Source: Callorhinchus milii (Eukaryota). From it: DNA of 64,000 nt. Shown here in pieces: positions 11,896 through 25,490 of this stretch. The DNA lies in assembly GCF_018977255.1 (NCBI RefSeq), contig NW_024704757.1, positions 10,106,001 to 10,170,000 of the forward strand. Direction: 5' to 3'. Made by a program: the position numbers and the translations under genes. How positions within the stretch are numbered: position 1 is the stretch's first letter; each line of letters starts with the position of its first letter. Under the pieces are notes generated by a model. That model had not been told where the DNA came from. It made no database searches and was given only the letters and a program-made list of their open reading frames with translations.

Positions 11896-13565
11896 GAAGC
11901 AATATGGCCATCTTAATAGCTGGTTCAGCTGGTAAGGTGATGCTGTTAAATTACCATTTCTGCAGCAAGACTTGGCAACATGGCATCAAGATGTGAAATA
12001 GAATGTGAAATGTGAAAAAGCTAGCCAAACAAATGGCCAATTACAGTGTTAATAAGACAATAAATGTCAGATTTTGCTAGGGGCAGACATTAATCACTAG
12101 GTTTACTGATATTCTGTTCATATCAGAAGTGAGCACAGCCCCCTGCCTCTACTCAAGAGATTACTTAAGACTTAGACAAAGAGGAGTTTCTCAGATGTAT
12201 ATGCCACAGAGTTAATCAGAGAATGCAGCATCACTAAAGACAACTACATCTACCTCCCTCACCAATCATAATTTTCTGAATCAATGTTTTTAAATTATTT
12301 GCATGAAAGCTTTGCTGTGTGTTGAACATACATGGAGCAGCAAAAATATTGCCAAATGTATTTTACTCCTAGGAATGTTAACTGTATAGTGGTAAACTGG
12401 TAGTGAAATACTGTCAATTTGAAAGGCACCCTATATTTCTTTATATTACGTCTGCTATCAGAGTCGCAAGCCATACAATACTCCATTACTTTGGACACCC
12501 CGGCTTCCTCCTCCTTAAGCTAATATCTCAAGTTGCTGCTTATTTTCACAACAAGTCAATGAAGATTTCATAACAATCAGGCCTTTCACCTAAAGGTCCT
12601 GAAAATACGTGCATCTATTTGAGCGAAACTTGACAAATTATAGCCCGTTCTTTTTCCCATCGAACCTTTTATTCCGTCAGCCTGACTTTGCATGAAAAGC
12701 TACTGGCCGCCCAAGTCTTACATGTGCAAATGCTGTTGGGATAGCTGGCGCTATGATCTAATTTAGAAAGTTCTCAGGAAACAGTTTAAATTAGCGAGGG
12801 TAACAAAACAAGTGGCAGGCAATTATTCCTAACTTTGTGAGTCTCCAAGCGTTGGCTCCATATCAAAACCATTTTCACAAGTGGCAACTCTGTAAACACT
12901 TCTTCCATTTTAATTAGCTCCGTACTTCTGAGGGATTGTGAAGGCTCCAGGCCTACATTGTGGGAAAGTGTCTCAGCTCGTCAATGAACTTGAAAGGACT
13001 GAGAAAATGAGGCGGTCACGGAATCAGACCCAATTTGCACGCAGGCTACAATGAGCACTCACAGATCTGCCCACATCCCCCCCTTTTTTTGTCTGTGCCC
13101 ATTTGGTTTTGATGAGTCAACAATTGCTGGATAGCGAAGCTTTCTTTTCTACTTTACATCTGGTGACAGCATGGCCAGTCCACGCCAGCATACGATACAG
13201 GTCATAGTGAACCCTTCCCCCCATTGCCTTATCAATACAATCCAGGCCTTTCCGTTAGCAAGGCCTCGGATTTCTCTTATATTTCATCTTTTTTCTTTCC
13301 TTGCTTTTTAAGTATACACTTAACAATTCTGCTAACACAAGTCTGTGATCAATATAATCTGAAAGTGGATTATTTGTCATCCCTCACACTGGTCAAACAC
13401 CTTGCTTGTTTTTAGGCCAAACAGCTTTTTATGTACTCTGTTTATTTCTACATTATCCTGCCCTAGGCCACAGAGAAATATTTATTTTGCCATTGACTCT
13501 CTCGTAATGTTTAATTAATTTGTTTATTTAAAGTTGCCTTTTATATTTGATGCTGCTAGAGATTT

Positions 13566-13896
13566 GGAGTCCTGTAGCTCAGTGGTTAGAGCACTCGCTT
13601 TGCAAGCGAGAGACCTGAGTTCAATTCCAGGCAGAGGGCGAAACCTTGGGCAAGTTTCCTTACTCCACACAGAGCCTAATAATAATCCCTCCAAAACAAA
13701 AAAAATAATAAATTGGTCATTTTCAATCTACGACTGTTTGTGGGACATTGCTGTGCGCAATTGGCTGCCGCGTTCGCCCACAAATATACAGTCAATTCAC
13801 TTTACAGTGTGTTCTGTGAAGCGCTTTGGGACGTCCTCCCGACGTGAAAAGCGCTATATCAAATGCAAGGATTATTATTATTATTATTATTATTAT
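13566..13896 (+). mobile_element. Young tRNA(Ala-like)-headed SINE, full length (SINE2-1_CM-like)
   Basis: Head ggagtcctgtagctcagtggttagagcac..tttgcaa..gagttcaattcc (A and B boxes). Deu-type body ctgtttgtgggacattgctgtgcgcaattggctgccgcg. L2-type stem-loop tail and (tta)n. Confidence 0.92.
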
Positions 13897-13929
13897 TTCA
13901 AACCCCTGTAATAAGTCACTCAGTGAAGC

Positions 13930-14270
13930 TTCTGCCCATTGTAGAATCTGCCATATATACAAGAAGGCCCCAGGTTCAATCCGGTCTCTTAGCTGATTTT
14001 TTTTTAGTTAGCTTTTTTTAGTCAGCGAGAGCAGCAGTTAGTGGTGCTACAATTGGCCTTAGTGCCCCTGGGTTATGGAAGGGCAAACTACTGTTCAGTG
14101 AAAGTGCATACGAACACCAGTTAGGGGAGAGCAGGATTCAGATGGTGTGTGATCCCTTCCCCAGGGTTGAATAGCCATCCAACAGTCATTGTTTAAGTAC
14201 ATTTAGTCACTTGACTGAGCTAACAGAAAGCCATTGGAACTGTACCCCAGCATGTGTAGGTGTCTGCAGT
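13930..14270 (+). mobile_element. Ancient SINE-like repeat, decayed
   Basis: B-box-like ccaggttcaatcc followed by gctacaattggccttagtgcccctgggtta. Related pieces lie at 11580-11895 and about 47130-47260 on the minus strand. Confidence 0.55.
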
Positions 14271-14679
14271 GAGGATGATAGAGAGTGATGAAAAAGTCAA
14301 ACTGACTGACTAGAGACAAATTAGCTCCCTGCTACCATTATTGTCATTATCTGTCAGCACATAGAACAGTCCACTACTGAGCTTAAGGTTAAAGTTTAGG
14401 GCTGGGTAATGGGAGGAGATGACAACTTGCCTGCATCTGATCTCCTCCCTAAAAATGTTTCAATAGTTGGGCTGTATCATAGTGGTCAGAATCAGTCAGG
14501 ATTCAGTAAGCACTGGAATGCAGAGAGTGCTATTACAATTGTGGGATCAAATGGCTTCTTTTACAGATATATTTTATTACTTGTCGACTTGTGTAACATG
14601 TCACTGCAGGAAGGCTGGAGCTTTGAGGCTGGCATGCCGCCACATGCACCTGGCTCAAATCTAACTTAATAGTCCATCG

Positions 14680-15995
14680 GCAGACCTGGCTGGTCCTTAA
14701 GAAAACTTACTGGTCCGCCCTCCCCTCCACTAAATCGTCGTTCTACTCCAAGACAATTTTGGAGGCCAAGGACAACTCCAGGCTCCTCTTCTCCATCACC
14801 AACTTGCTTCTCCACCCACCCTCTCACACCTCCCCCAACCTCTCCTCCAATGCCAACTGCGAGGAGATGCTGGACTTCCTCGAAACAAAAGTCGAGGGGA
14901 TGACCTGTCCAACTGCGACCAGGGTTCCCTCTGCTTCCTCGTCTTCCTTGACTTCTTTGCTGCTTCGATACCGTCGACCATTCTATCCTCCTCCACCGCC
15001 TCTCCTCTCACCTCAACTTTCATGGTTCTGTCCTGGTTCAATGGTTCAGATCCTACCTCTCACACCGTCATCACTTCATCTCCACAAATGGCTTCTCCTC
15101 TAGCCCCGCACCATCTCGTGCAGCATTCCTCAGGGCTCTGTCCATGGTTCCCTCCTCTTCAATATATATATGCCCCCTCTTGGTGGCATCATTTGCAGTC
15201 ATGGGGTCTCACTTACACATGTATGCAGATAACACCCAACTGTATCTCTGCCTCTACCCTTGACTCCAGGGACACTGCTGTCCTGACAGAATGTCTGTCA
15301 GACATCAAGTCCTGGATGAGAGCTAACTTTCTACAGCTGAACATCAACAAGATCAAGGTCTTCCTGGTTGGCTCCCGTCAGCACCTCCACACCTCAGGCA
15401 CTGACAGCATCACCATCTAAGGATGTACAATCCACCTGACTGAGCCAATCTGGAACTATAGTGTCTTGTTTGACCCTCAACTATCCTTTCTACCCCACAT
15501 CTGTGCCATGACCCGCTCTGCCTTCCCCACTTCTGCAACATAGCCTGGCTCCATCACTGTCTCATACCTCATACTGGGGCCACCTACCCCCACACCCACC
15601 ACCCTAGCTTGGAGTCAGGCTCCACCACTGTTTAGCACTTTGGGACGCTACCCTGCGTGGAGGGCACTATATAAGTGTAAGTTGTTATTGTCCTCCCGCC
15701 ATGAAAGGCGTTATTCAAATGTAATTTTGTTGTTGTTGATTCTACTGTCATCTTCTGGAACTCCATCCTGGAGTACCGCCGCATCACCCCCTCCCTAGCC
15801 TCCTTCAAGGCCCGATCTCAAGACCTTCCTCTTTAACCATGCTTTCGGTCATTGTCCCACCTCCAACCCCCTTGCCTTTCACCCCTCTTGATTCCAACCC
15901 CATCTCAGGTGCAAAGCCTTCACTGTCCAGAGCCTTGGGATGTCTTCCCGACATGCAAGGCACAAAATAAATGCGATTTCTTGTTGCTGTTGTTG
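14680..15995 (+). mobile_element. Cluster of L2 LINE ORF2 fragments and tails
   Basis: ILEAKDNSRLLFSITN linker; degenerate PQGSV.G.LLFNIYM and Y.D.TQL RT motifs; LTECLSDIKSWMRANFLQLN; several 3' tails. Confidence 0.85.
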
Positions 15996-16429
15996 ATGTG
16001 TTCCTTAATATCCAAGTACAGCAACTTTCTCATGCTGCATTTTTTGCAGTATGTTTTAGGGGCTAATCATTACAATTTGGCAGTGATTCTCTGCAAAACA
16101 TGCAGTTCAACGAACACCAATGAGGCTTGAGCCCCATTTCTCACAAGGTAGTTTCAGGAGCTGTTTGATTTAAAACCGCTGAAGTACAAGAACTACATAC
16201 TACTTCTATGGCATCTTTCACTTAGGATGAACATCTCAAAGCATTTCAAAGAGGCACGGAGCAAGGAGGAGCAAAATAATTTGAAGGTTTAAACCAAATG
16301 CACAGTCAAACAGAGTTTTTTTTAAAAAATAGGGCATTTTTAAGCAGGTGATGGATATAAATCAATACCGGTTCCTCTCTTCTGCGTTCCATGAAAGTTT
16401 TTCCTAGTGGCCTAGCCAACCATCTCCCA

Positions 16430-16580
16430 AATAAAACTGGTCATTCACTTCATAGCTGTTTGTGGGACATAGCTGTGCACTAATTGGCTGCCATATTCAC
16501 TCCCAACTTACAGTGTATCCTGTAAAGCGCTTTGAGACGTCCTGCTGACGTGAGACCCTGTATCAAATGAAAGGATTAGT
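16430..16580 (+). mobile_element. DeuSINE 3' fragment
   Basis: gctgtttgtgggacatagctgtgcac...aagcgctttgagacgtcc tail. Confidence 0.75.
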
Positions 16581-16584
16581 ACTG

Positions 16585-16700
16585 ATTGTATTACTGGATG
16601 CTTGGTAGGAGTTACTGAGTGATAATGCAAGGAAGCTGGATTATTATCAGTAGCGATAGTCAGTAAATGCAGAGCGTTGGCTGGGAGGAGTTGCTGTGCA
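16585..16700 (-). repeat. Degenerate ~70-bp minisatellite family, short patch
   Basis: ggagttactgag...atcagtagcgat...gctgggaggagtt is the reverse of the units at 50150-50725. Confidence 0.6.
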
Positions 16701-18331
16701 AGTCACTCAAAGAGGTCCCACTCCCCTGTCCTTTCTCTTCCCCCACCCCCTCCCCATCCAAGCCCTTTAACATTTTTTTCCCTTTCAAATATTAGTCTGA
16801 TTCTATTTTTAAAATGAGATGAATGCAAGAGTACCCTGCAGTTCAGAACAAATGATCACAAAGTTGTCAGTCTCAAGGACAGGTGGGGCATTCCGAATTT
16901 TATAAACTCTCCCACACACCCTCCCCATCTGTGCTGATGAAACGTTTTCCATAACCCAGCGCTAATATGCATCAGCACAAAATTTACAAGAAAAATAAAT
17001 TGACACCTGCAGGTTCCTTTTAAAAAGAGACTCAAAGATATTGCTTGCACGTTGTGTTTTATTGAGTGGTTGACTGAACCCAAATCCCTGGCCTCTCTGC
17101 AGGTTGTCCAGTGCTGAGTGGATGTTGGGGAAAGGCAGGTGAAAGGATTAAGATGAGATTTAAAACTACTAATGCTGAATTCTTTTAAATCCATTCAACT
17201 ATTGGATAATGTCAGAGTTAGGGATCAATTCATGTCGGATGCCAATAGAAACTCCACTCGTTCGTGGGAGGGGGTGTCGGGGGAAGAGTAAACCTTCCCA
17301 TCGAGCTTGACAACATTAGCAGAAATTATTTTTTTTGAGGCAGCAGCACATTGACATCAGGGATTGAACATTGGTTTACAGTTTCAGGTGGGGGATAGGA
17401 TTCAGATGTCCAGACAAAATCAGTTACATGTGTAATGTAAGACCGGTGCTATTACCCTATTACTTAAGACAAAATAAGGATTGTGTGCATTTGAGATTCT
17501 GATACAAAGGCATATTATCTCCAGCTTAAAATGCAGTTCTGGTCCTGCATTGCTTGTCTGGAGCAGCAAGGCAGTCAACAATTGTCACAGTATTAGCAGA
17601 AAATGATTTGAACATATGAGTTCACAGCAGTGATATTGTGCTGTCCATCCTTCAGAGACAAAGGGCCGCTCTGTACACACAGAGAATGTGGTGTGGTCCC
17701 AGCAAGAGGCACTCAGCATGTGATGTCAGTGACAGCTTGAGAACCAGTACTACCCAACTTATCTCAATTAAACTTTTGTCAATTTTATGTATTATTAGCG
17801 AATGGAGCTGAAAGAATCTAAATATCTATAACACAGAGCAGAGGAACAAAACAGTCTCCACATGCCAGCAATCCTATGGCCTGAGGGCTATAATTTCTTC
17901 AATTATCTATAGCTTTCTTCAAAAATGATTTCTATTCTCATTTAATTGCATTCAGGGCAAATGGTACACTTCCGACACAGTTTGATGCCTGCTTTGGAAA
18001 TAGTTCTCAGGGCAGATTGTGACGCCCATCTTAGGGCCACTCTGGGAATGTGCACCCAAAGATTCAATGTGAACACAGTTTTGGAGCTTTAAATGTTATT
18101 AATTTCAGTAAATAGTAGGTTGGACCCATCTGTTCAGTTTTAGTGTCTAGAACAGAAGGAATTCTAAATCTTTTGCCTGGGATTTTAAATGTTTTAGTTT
18201 TTGCTTAAATACTGGCTAGTCTAAGCAGAGCCACCGCCTCAAAACTACCTGGAATAATTCCGTTTGGACTTAAATCAGTTTTAATTTAAGTGAGAAACCA
18301 AGATTCATATTTAAGAAGTTATCAGGGTTGC

Positions 18332-18338
<7 letters not shown>

Positions 18339-18367
<29 letters not shown>
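18339..18367. repeat. (GA)n microsatellite
   Basis: Perfect GA run. Confidence 0.95.
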
Positions 18368-18373
<6 letters not shown>

Positions 18374-19429
18374 TAAATCACAAGATCATAAAACAGGTTC
18401 AGAAGAAAGCGGCTTTTGAAACTATTTGAAAGTATTCTCCCAGAATACCGACCCTACCATCTTTCCTTAAATCATTAAGATGTTTCTTAAATGAGTCCAA
18501 CATTCTGGCCTCAACCACATTCTGGTTACCTATTTCAGCTGTTAACCATTCTCAGTGCAAATAAATACTTATTGATGCTTATCCTAAAATTACACTTCAC
18601 AACCATGAGCCTGTGCCTTCTTGAGAAACAATGAGATAGAATAGGATTTTTGATTTCAACACAATGAGAATGCAGGTAAGAAGAACATGTAGGAAAAGTG
18701 GAATCAGACCTTGCGAGGAACAGGAGAGGAAAGTTGAGAGGAAGATGGACAATTGTGTTTGATTATGATTGACAGGCCCCAACACAGCATGAGGTAGAAC
18801 TGCAGATTTAATCCAGATGCTCCTGTCTCTTTTTCTTTGATTTATGAGATTCTGGTCTCAGCTAACTCTCTCTGTCTCTCTCTAGGAGTACAAGGTGTTA
18901 GGTAATGTGTACTGGTAGTTAAGTGGGATGATACGGTACAGGAAAGGGTATATTACCTAGCCTGAGGATACGAATCACAGGACCGTTTTGATGCCAGGAT
19001 TCTTGTACCATATGGGAAATACAGCCTGTCTGAATTCAATGGTTTAATTTAAACCCAAACATTGCTCTGCTACCATTTGCAGAGTCCAATATACTGTATA
19101 TTGTCTGCTAACCTGCGGTCTTAAAGTGTTTGCTTATATTCAACCCATGTCCCGAGTTCCATCTAAATTTGATAACAAGAAGGATGGCAGCTGTCTGTGA
19201 ATCCCATTGCGTTTGGTAAAGGTATAACTGAGATTGAGAGATTTACAGACCCCTAGTAGCCTCTGGGTTTACAGTAATGGAATGTGCATGCGATAAAATG
19301 TTTGTATTGTTTTGAAAAACAGAATTTATATTATGAGACTTCTGCAATAAAATGAGAAACTGAGTTGCAACAGAGTATTTTGCTCTAGAGTTTAATGAGA
19401 TGCATCAGAGGGGTTGTGGATGTAAAAGT

Positions 19430-19860
19430 AACAATCCTTGCATTCAATATAGCGCTTTCCACATCGAGAAGATGTCTCAAAGTGCTTCACAGGATATACT
19501 ATAAAGTATTACTGATTGTGTATTTTGTCATGAATGCAGCAGCTAATTACTGCAGACAAATGTCCCACAAACAGTCATGAAGTGAATGACCAATTTTATC
19601 TAGGGGATTGTTGGCCAAGACACCAGGAGAACGTCCCTTCTCTTTTCAAATAGAGTCATGGGATCTCCCTAATCAGGTAGAATGCACCTCAGTTCATCTC
19701 ATCTGAAGGACAGCACCTCCAACAAATCAGCACACCTCCAGTAATGCACAGGAATGTCAACCTCGACTATGAATTAGTTCAACATACCAAATGTAGAACT
19801 TGAACCCACAACCTTCTGACTCAGAGGTAAAAGTGGCACCAACTAAGCAAAGCTGACACA
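19430..19860 (-). mobile_element. Old DeuSINE (SacSINE1-like), near full length
   Basis: Reverse head ttgaacccacaaccttctgactcagagg...gctgacac. Deu domain catctcatctgaaggacagcacctcc and ttggccaagacaccaggagaac. L2-type tail. Confidence 0.85.
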
Positions 19861-20539
19861 ATTAGATACATGTATCCAGCAACACCTTTGATGGTCAGAC
19901 CAAAGCTGAATGTGAATCCTGATCTTGGGAGAAACTCTAGTGTTCTGTCACTGCACCCATCAACATTAGAAGAATGATTTGTTTCAAACTGAAGTGGTCA
20001 TAATATAGCACCTCCAAAGGTAAACTCACTCCACATTTTCTAATTTAGCCATCAGATTAGGAAGATCTCGGGTTAGATTTGATTCGCGATCTGTGCTGTG
20101 TTATCCACAAAGCAGTAAGATTGGCCTCAACAACTATGAAGTAGAACCTGTGTAAACTTTTTTTTAAATACAGTGAATTGATTCATTCTGCAGTAAATTA
20201 CTTGGTCCATCACCCCAGAGAGAATGGAAGAGCATCTCTTTTCATGTGAACAGTAAGATTCTGCTGTCAGACCCCACTGTATCGAACTATAACCGTGTAG
20301 GCTTGCTTTCCAGACTGAATACATACAGATGGGGGTGGGGGGTTTATTGAATAATACAAGAAATTCAGAAGGTTATTTGCTTCATACTTGGCAGCGCATT
20401 TTCCTCTCTTGATTATTAAATAAAACACCTGCAGACACTCCTGGCTTTTTTTTTGCCACGTGGATGGTATTAGTAAAATTCTTTTGTCTGATTTATTTTG
20501 TTCAAAAGTGGTTTGAGATTTCCCTTTTAGAGAGCATAC

Positions 20540-20792
20540 CTGCAGCCCGGCATGCACTGCTGCATTCCAGAGAGGAACTTTGTGCATAGAGAACGTCAGA
20601 GCCATCAACACAATACAGCTCCCCTGCAGCTGTGCCGTTTATCGCAGCACAAATTTCAGCACCAGAGACGCAAATTAATATTTTCTCTGACTGCTCAGTT
20701 GACAGAGGAGAAGAAGAAAGCCGAGGGAGATAGTGTCTTCTGTTAGCTGTCCGAGCAGCTGAAGAAGCAGCCTGAATCTCATCAGAAATTAC
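20540..20792 (-). other. Candidate 253-nt exon, unidentified product
   Basis: AG|GTAATT...GCTGCAG|GTATGC with one fully open frame (VISDEIQAASSAARTANRRHYLPRL...CSSACRAA) in repeat-free sequence. The acceptor is weak and I recognise no homology. Confidence 0.3.
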
Positions 20793-21007
20793 CTTATACA
20801 AGTATAAATATCAGTGACGCATAGCCAGTCTTTGTAAGGAAGAGATGCCAAACACCAGTAGATAGGTGCTCTAATATCCAGTAACCCAGGAATTCATTCT
20901 AAGTTCCACATTCCAGAAAACTGATATTTCTGCACACTAGTTCTCTTCCCTCAGCTTCCTTTTTTGACAACATATTAAGCCCTTTTCCTCCCACTAGTGA
21001 GTCTTGT

Positions 21008-21246
21008 ATGAGCAAGTTTCCTTACTCCACATTTCTGATAATAATCCCTCAAGAAAAAGTAAATAAATAAAATTGGTCACTTCAATCCACGACTGTTTCT
21101 CGGACACTGCTGTGTTCAATTGGCTGCCACGTTTCGCCCACAAATATACAGTCAATTCACTTTACAGTATATTCTGTGAAGCGCTTTGAGACGTCTAGAA
21201 GATGTGAAAAACGCTATATCAAATGCAAGGATTATTATTATTATTA
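21008..21246 (+). mobile_element. Young SINE, 5'-truncated
   Basis: gcaagtttccttactccac through the (tta)n tail. Confidence 0.9.
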
Positions 21247-23229
21247 AGGAACGGATCAACAGTCCAACTCTGGTACCTTGTCTAAGTTATTGTTAGCTTT
21301 CGACAGTAGCTAACATGTTTTAATACTTGAAATTCAGTTGCAACTCATGTGCATTATCACTAAAGTTCTCACTAGTCCCTGTAACAAATATACAATTATT
21401 ATCTTTGAATAGGAAGTTAATTAAAGGAGCATTTTTTGCCCACAAAATACACACAGGTACATCACTTCATAGTATATTCTGTGAAATGCTTTGAAACATC
21501 TCAATGTTGTGATAAGGCTCCATATCAAATGCAAGAATTATTATTATTATCACCTGGAAATGATAACTTTATATAATAGGTAATGGTGACCACATAAATG
21601 CTTTACCTCACAATCCCAAGCCGTTTCGGGGAAGCAGTCCACCACTAGCTGTGGCACAGAGATTGGAGGACATAATACCGTGAAGTCTCAATGATGAACC
21701 AGTTGGACAAATTGGACAAAAGCCATTAACAATGCCTTGAATCACCTGCCTGGCTTTGTCGGGTACATTTCCTAGAAGGCAGTTCAACCCCAAACTAATT
21801 TCTGTCCTAATAGTAATATTTATTGAGTGTCCTTGAGTGTCTGGTGTCCTGACCAGATAAATCGATCGTTTTCTTCATAGCTGTTTGTGGAATCTTACTT
21901 TGTGCAACAACAGCTGCTTTGTTTGCTGCAGATGCTCAGTTACTACACTTGACAGCAACTACCTATGAATAAGTTAAAGATATTTCAAAAATATATTCAT
22001 TATATCAATTGCAACGATTGTTATCATATCATTTTCTAAGATAAGTTACTTGTTTTATTTTATCATTTTCAAAACAGCAAAGGGTGAGGGGACCCAAAGG
22101 GATTTGGCATCAAAATCTGAGCTACCTGGGATGTTAATAAATATTTGCCAAGGGAGTGATAGGAATGTTGTCAAATTAATTTGAGGATTCACACACTTCA
22201 GAGTATAGTGGCACGAAAGGAAATTTGATTTGTAGGCCAAATTTACTGTTGATCAGAACTTTTTACTTTACTGTTTGGCAGTTTCTAGAATGCAAACCAA
22301 ACATCCAAATTTCATTTTTCATGAAAACACAGGTGTGGATTCCCACATTCAGTGGCAATGTTATGCCAGGCATACAGAGCTGCCAAAGGCATTCCGTTTC
22401 ACTGCAGTGAAGTAGTAGGTCTCAGCCACTTGCCAACTGAAGGTATTGGAATGTGTCAGTCTTCTTTCATTCCACAGGCAAAAGTTCACTGTTTGGCATC
22501 TCTCTCTCCTCCTAAATCCCTAACTTGTAGGGTGGTTCTAACTGGACAGGAGCGAGAACTTTGCCGCTGTTCGTAATGCAAAGCTGCATGGTTGTAGTGG
22601 CTCAATTCCAGAATTACCCCAATACAACCTCTGCAGTCGCCAAACCTTAGTTCTTGCCAATCTGCCTCTAACCTGGGATTACGTAAAGAAGGGTGAGTCT
22701 TTGCTGGGAAAGAAATTTGAAATCCATACCAGACAAACGGAAACCATTCATATGTGGAACTCTTTGTATTTAGCTTTGGAATATAGTGATGGGTTTCTAG
22801 ATCAGACACCTGGCTGACCAAACAAAAGTACAGTTTGAGCTGTCATTGACAACCTGAGAATTTTTCACAATTCCAAGTGAAGGATGTAACTAAATTCAGA
22901 GTTCTCATCTTTGATCCTAGATCAGTGCTCATCCTAAAGCAGCAGAATCATTGGTACCCAAACACCCTCCCACTCCTCCACTGGCACAACTGCACATGAA
23001 ATACATGAGTAAAGACATACATGTATGTACAACTGGTTCATTGGGAGTTTCAGGGAATTGGCTGCTCTCTACCCAAGGAAGGTTAAAATCTGTGGTTTGT
23101 TAGATGTCAAATGACCAACTAATGACTATCCTCCTTTGGTTCCTGAGACAGGTGGGTCAGCAATAATCCAGGGCACTGATCTGACAGACCAGCCAGCCTG
23201 CCTCGTTGGCAAGATCTGTCACTAAAGGC

Positions 23230-23448
23230 AGTTAAACTCCAGCAGTACCCAATAACCTGACTTTATATATGTGTGGGGAAGCATCACTCTGGGATCCCCA
23301 AGCTTTGGCTCTTGCCAACCTGCGCCTAATAGTTTCCTGAATTAGGTAAGCAGGATGCGCCCTCCAGGGAGTTATTCTCAGTTTGGTTTGGATGCCTTTA
23401 AGCAATGGTGATGGGTCCGCATGTGTCAGACATATGGCTGACCAAAAA
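23230..23448 (+). repeat. Unclassified structured dispersed repeat, copy 2 of 3 (internally deleted)
   Basis: ggctcttgccaacctgcgcctaat...attaggtaagcaggatgcgccc...gcatgtgtcagaca..ggctgacc. Confidence 0.85.
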
Positions 23449-24227
23449 CAACAACAACAAATTACACTTGGATAGCATCCTTCACGATGGAAAGACATCC
23501 CAGGGCACTGGACAGTCAGGGTTTTTTGGACCCGAGAGGTTCAAAAATAATTAGAGGTAAATAATCTCTCAGTCGAGGAAGCTGTTACCTGGATGGAAAG
23601 GCCAGATTTGTAAAAGGCCAACAGTTTGTAAAAACATTATGTTTAGTTTAACGTGATCTTTTGTAAAACAAATAGATGCAACACTGTAGATTGTCACATT
23701 ATTTTGTTTCATACTTTGGCACCAAAGACATTTGGACTTTGAAGTCTCTTGCCAAGAGTTGCAGTATTTCAAACCCCAGATGGAATGCACATGTCATCAG
23801 AGAAACTGAGGTAGTTGTTTTTAATGAGTTCATACAGTGTTTGAATTTTTCGCCTACTCACTTGTTCCTTCCACCTTTTTTTTCCAGGTTTCACTGCTCT
23901 CTCCCCCTTATCTTGTAATGAACATAGGAACAACCAACAATCCACCCCTAGGCCTCTGTTGAATTTCTTAAACCAGCTGCTTGAGGGCAGTTTAACCGCT
24001 GAGAAGTGTGCATTCAAGGTCCAGAGGCAGAATGTCATCAAGATCGGAAAAAAAGAGTAAGAGAAGACTAGGAAAATCAAGAATAGTGATTAGGTGACGC
24101 CAAGCGACAACATTTTAAAGGCCTGTAGAGTGTAGGAGGAAGTGGAGATTGAGAGAGATGAGCATTTCCACAGTTGTGAGGATCTGGGAAAGAATGGGTG
24201 AGGGTGTGGGGGGGGGGAGGTGATCAT

Positions 24228-24586
24228 AAGTACGGTCAAAAAGGAAGATTTTCAGACGGGACTTGAGAAAGGGGAGAGAGGGGCCAAGGCGGAGGGACTG
24301 AGGGAGAGTGTTCCACAGTTTCGGGTGTAGTGGCTGAAAGCGTGATCTCCAATGATGGAGCGGAGGGTGCGAGGGACAAGCAGGAGGCCGGCGCCAGTCG
24401 AGCGGAGACTCTGGGTGGATGAAGCGAGGATGAAGAGTGTATGTGCATCACCAGGATTACAGTAGGAAGGGGACCCAAATTATCATTCCCCACTCCGGCT
24501 TCCTCAAAGAGGGGAGGAGGAAGTCAATAACTGATTTGAGATTCAGTATAACTGGGGCACAAAATTAAGGATCTTGATTGAAAGGA
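24228..24586 (-). repeat. ~360-bp block (L2 3' part plus non-L2 flank) duplicated in inverted orientation at 51772-52132
   Basis: Direct reverse-complement alignment. The supplied ORFs 24236..24493(-) and 51865..52134(+) are nearly the same peptide. Confidence 0.92.
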
Positions 24587-25092
24587 AAATTGGGGGAAGT
24601 TAGAAGGGATTCTTTTCCATAGAGGATTGCTAAAATGTCAAATGTCTTATCACAAATGGCTGTAAAGTCCAAACACATTTAAACAATCACGGGCTTTTTT
24701 CTGTGCAAACCCTAATTGGCAAAATCCTACAGCTCTATGTGAATTATATGAAAACGCATTAGAAAAGGGCAGCAGAGTTATAATTAGGTAGTTGGCACAC
24801 AATGCCAAACAGTATCTTCCTCGAGGGCCACTCTGTGTAACACCACAGCTACAGAGTCAGGGGACCTAGAACTGCAATTTCCTATCTGGAGAGCTCTCCT
24901 GGCTTCAATCATTCCACTCAACAAAGTAAGGTTGTCACTCTTCCACAGGAAGTGGAGGAAACAATAAAACTATTAGTTCTATTGAATCATACTTAGTAGG
25001 ACCCTTTCAATTGCTTTATGGAAGGTGGGAGAGTCTCTTAATACCATTCCTATGCCTTCTTTTGTTCAAGAGCTAAAAGAGGACATGGCCAC

Positions 25093-25490
25093 ATAGAATC
25101 CTACAGCACAGAAGGAGGCTATTCAGCCTTTACAGAATGGAAAGCTGTGAAAGAGTTATCCATTTAGTCTTACTCCCCTCCCCTTTCCCAAATTCTTTTA
25201 CGTGGATTTATCTTTCTGAAATATTTGTCAATTCCTTTTAAAAGCTATTATGGATTTTTTGTTAACTGCCTTTTTTGGTCTGGAATTACATGTCCTCACA
25301 ACACTTTATGTAAAAAAAATCTCCAAGCTCTCTCTTTGTTTTTTTGGTAGCTGTCTTGAATTGATGCCCTCCCGTTATTGACTCACCAACTAATAGGACT
25401 AGTTTCTCCCAATTTCACTCATAATTCTGAACACCTCTATCAGGTCTACTCTAAACCTCCTCTGTTCAAATGCAAACAGTCCAATTTCTT
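25093..25490 (-). mobile_element. CR1 LINE 3' fragment
   Basis: GLFAFEQRRFRVDLIEVFRIM and the reverse CR1 tail catagaatcctacagcacagaaggaggc. Confidence 0.85.

Noticed and set aside
13566-13637. tRNA-Ala-like gene
   Set aside because: The acceptor stem does not close properly and it continues directly into a multicopy body and tail. It is a SINE head, as are the other copies.
16930-16980. Hairpin tgtgctgatg...catcagcaca as a pre-miRNA or hammerhead
   Set aside because: Only a 10-bp stem with poor further pairing, and ctgatgaaac lacks stem II.
20654-20672. REST/RE1 site
   Set aside because: Only the left half TTCAGCACC is present; the GGACAG half is missing.
21606-21771. Minus-strand exon upstream of the 20540-20792 candidate
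   Set aside because: The one open frame stops at, or is out of phase with, the available donors.
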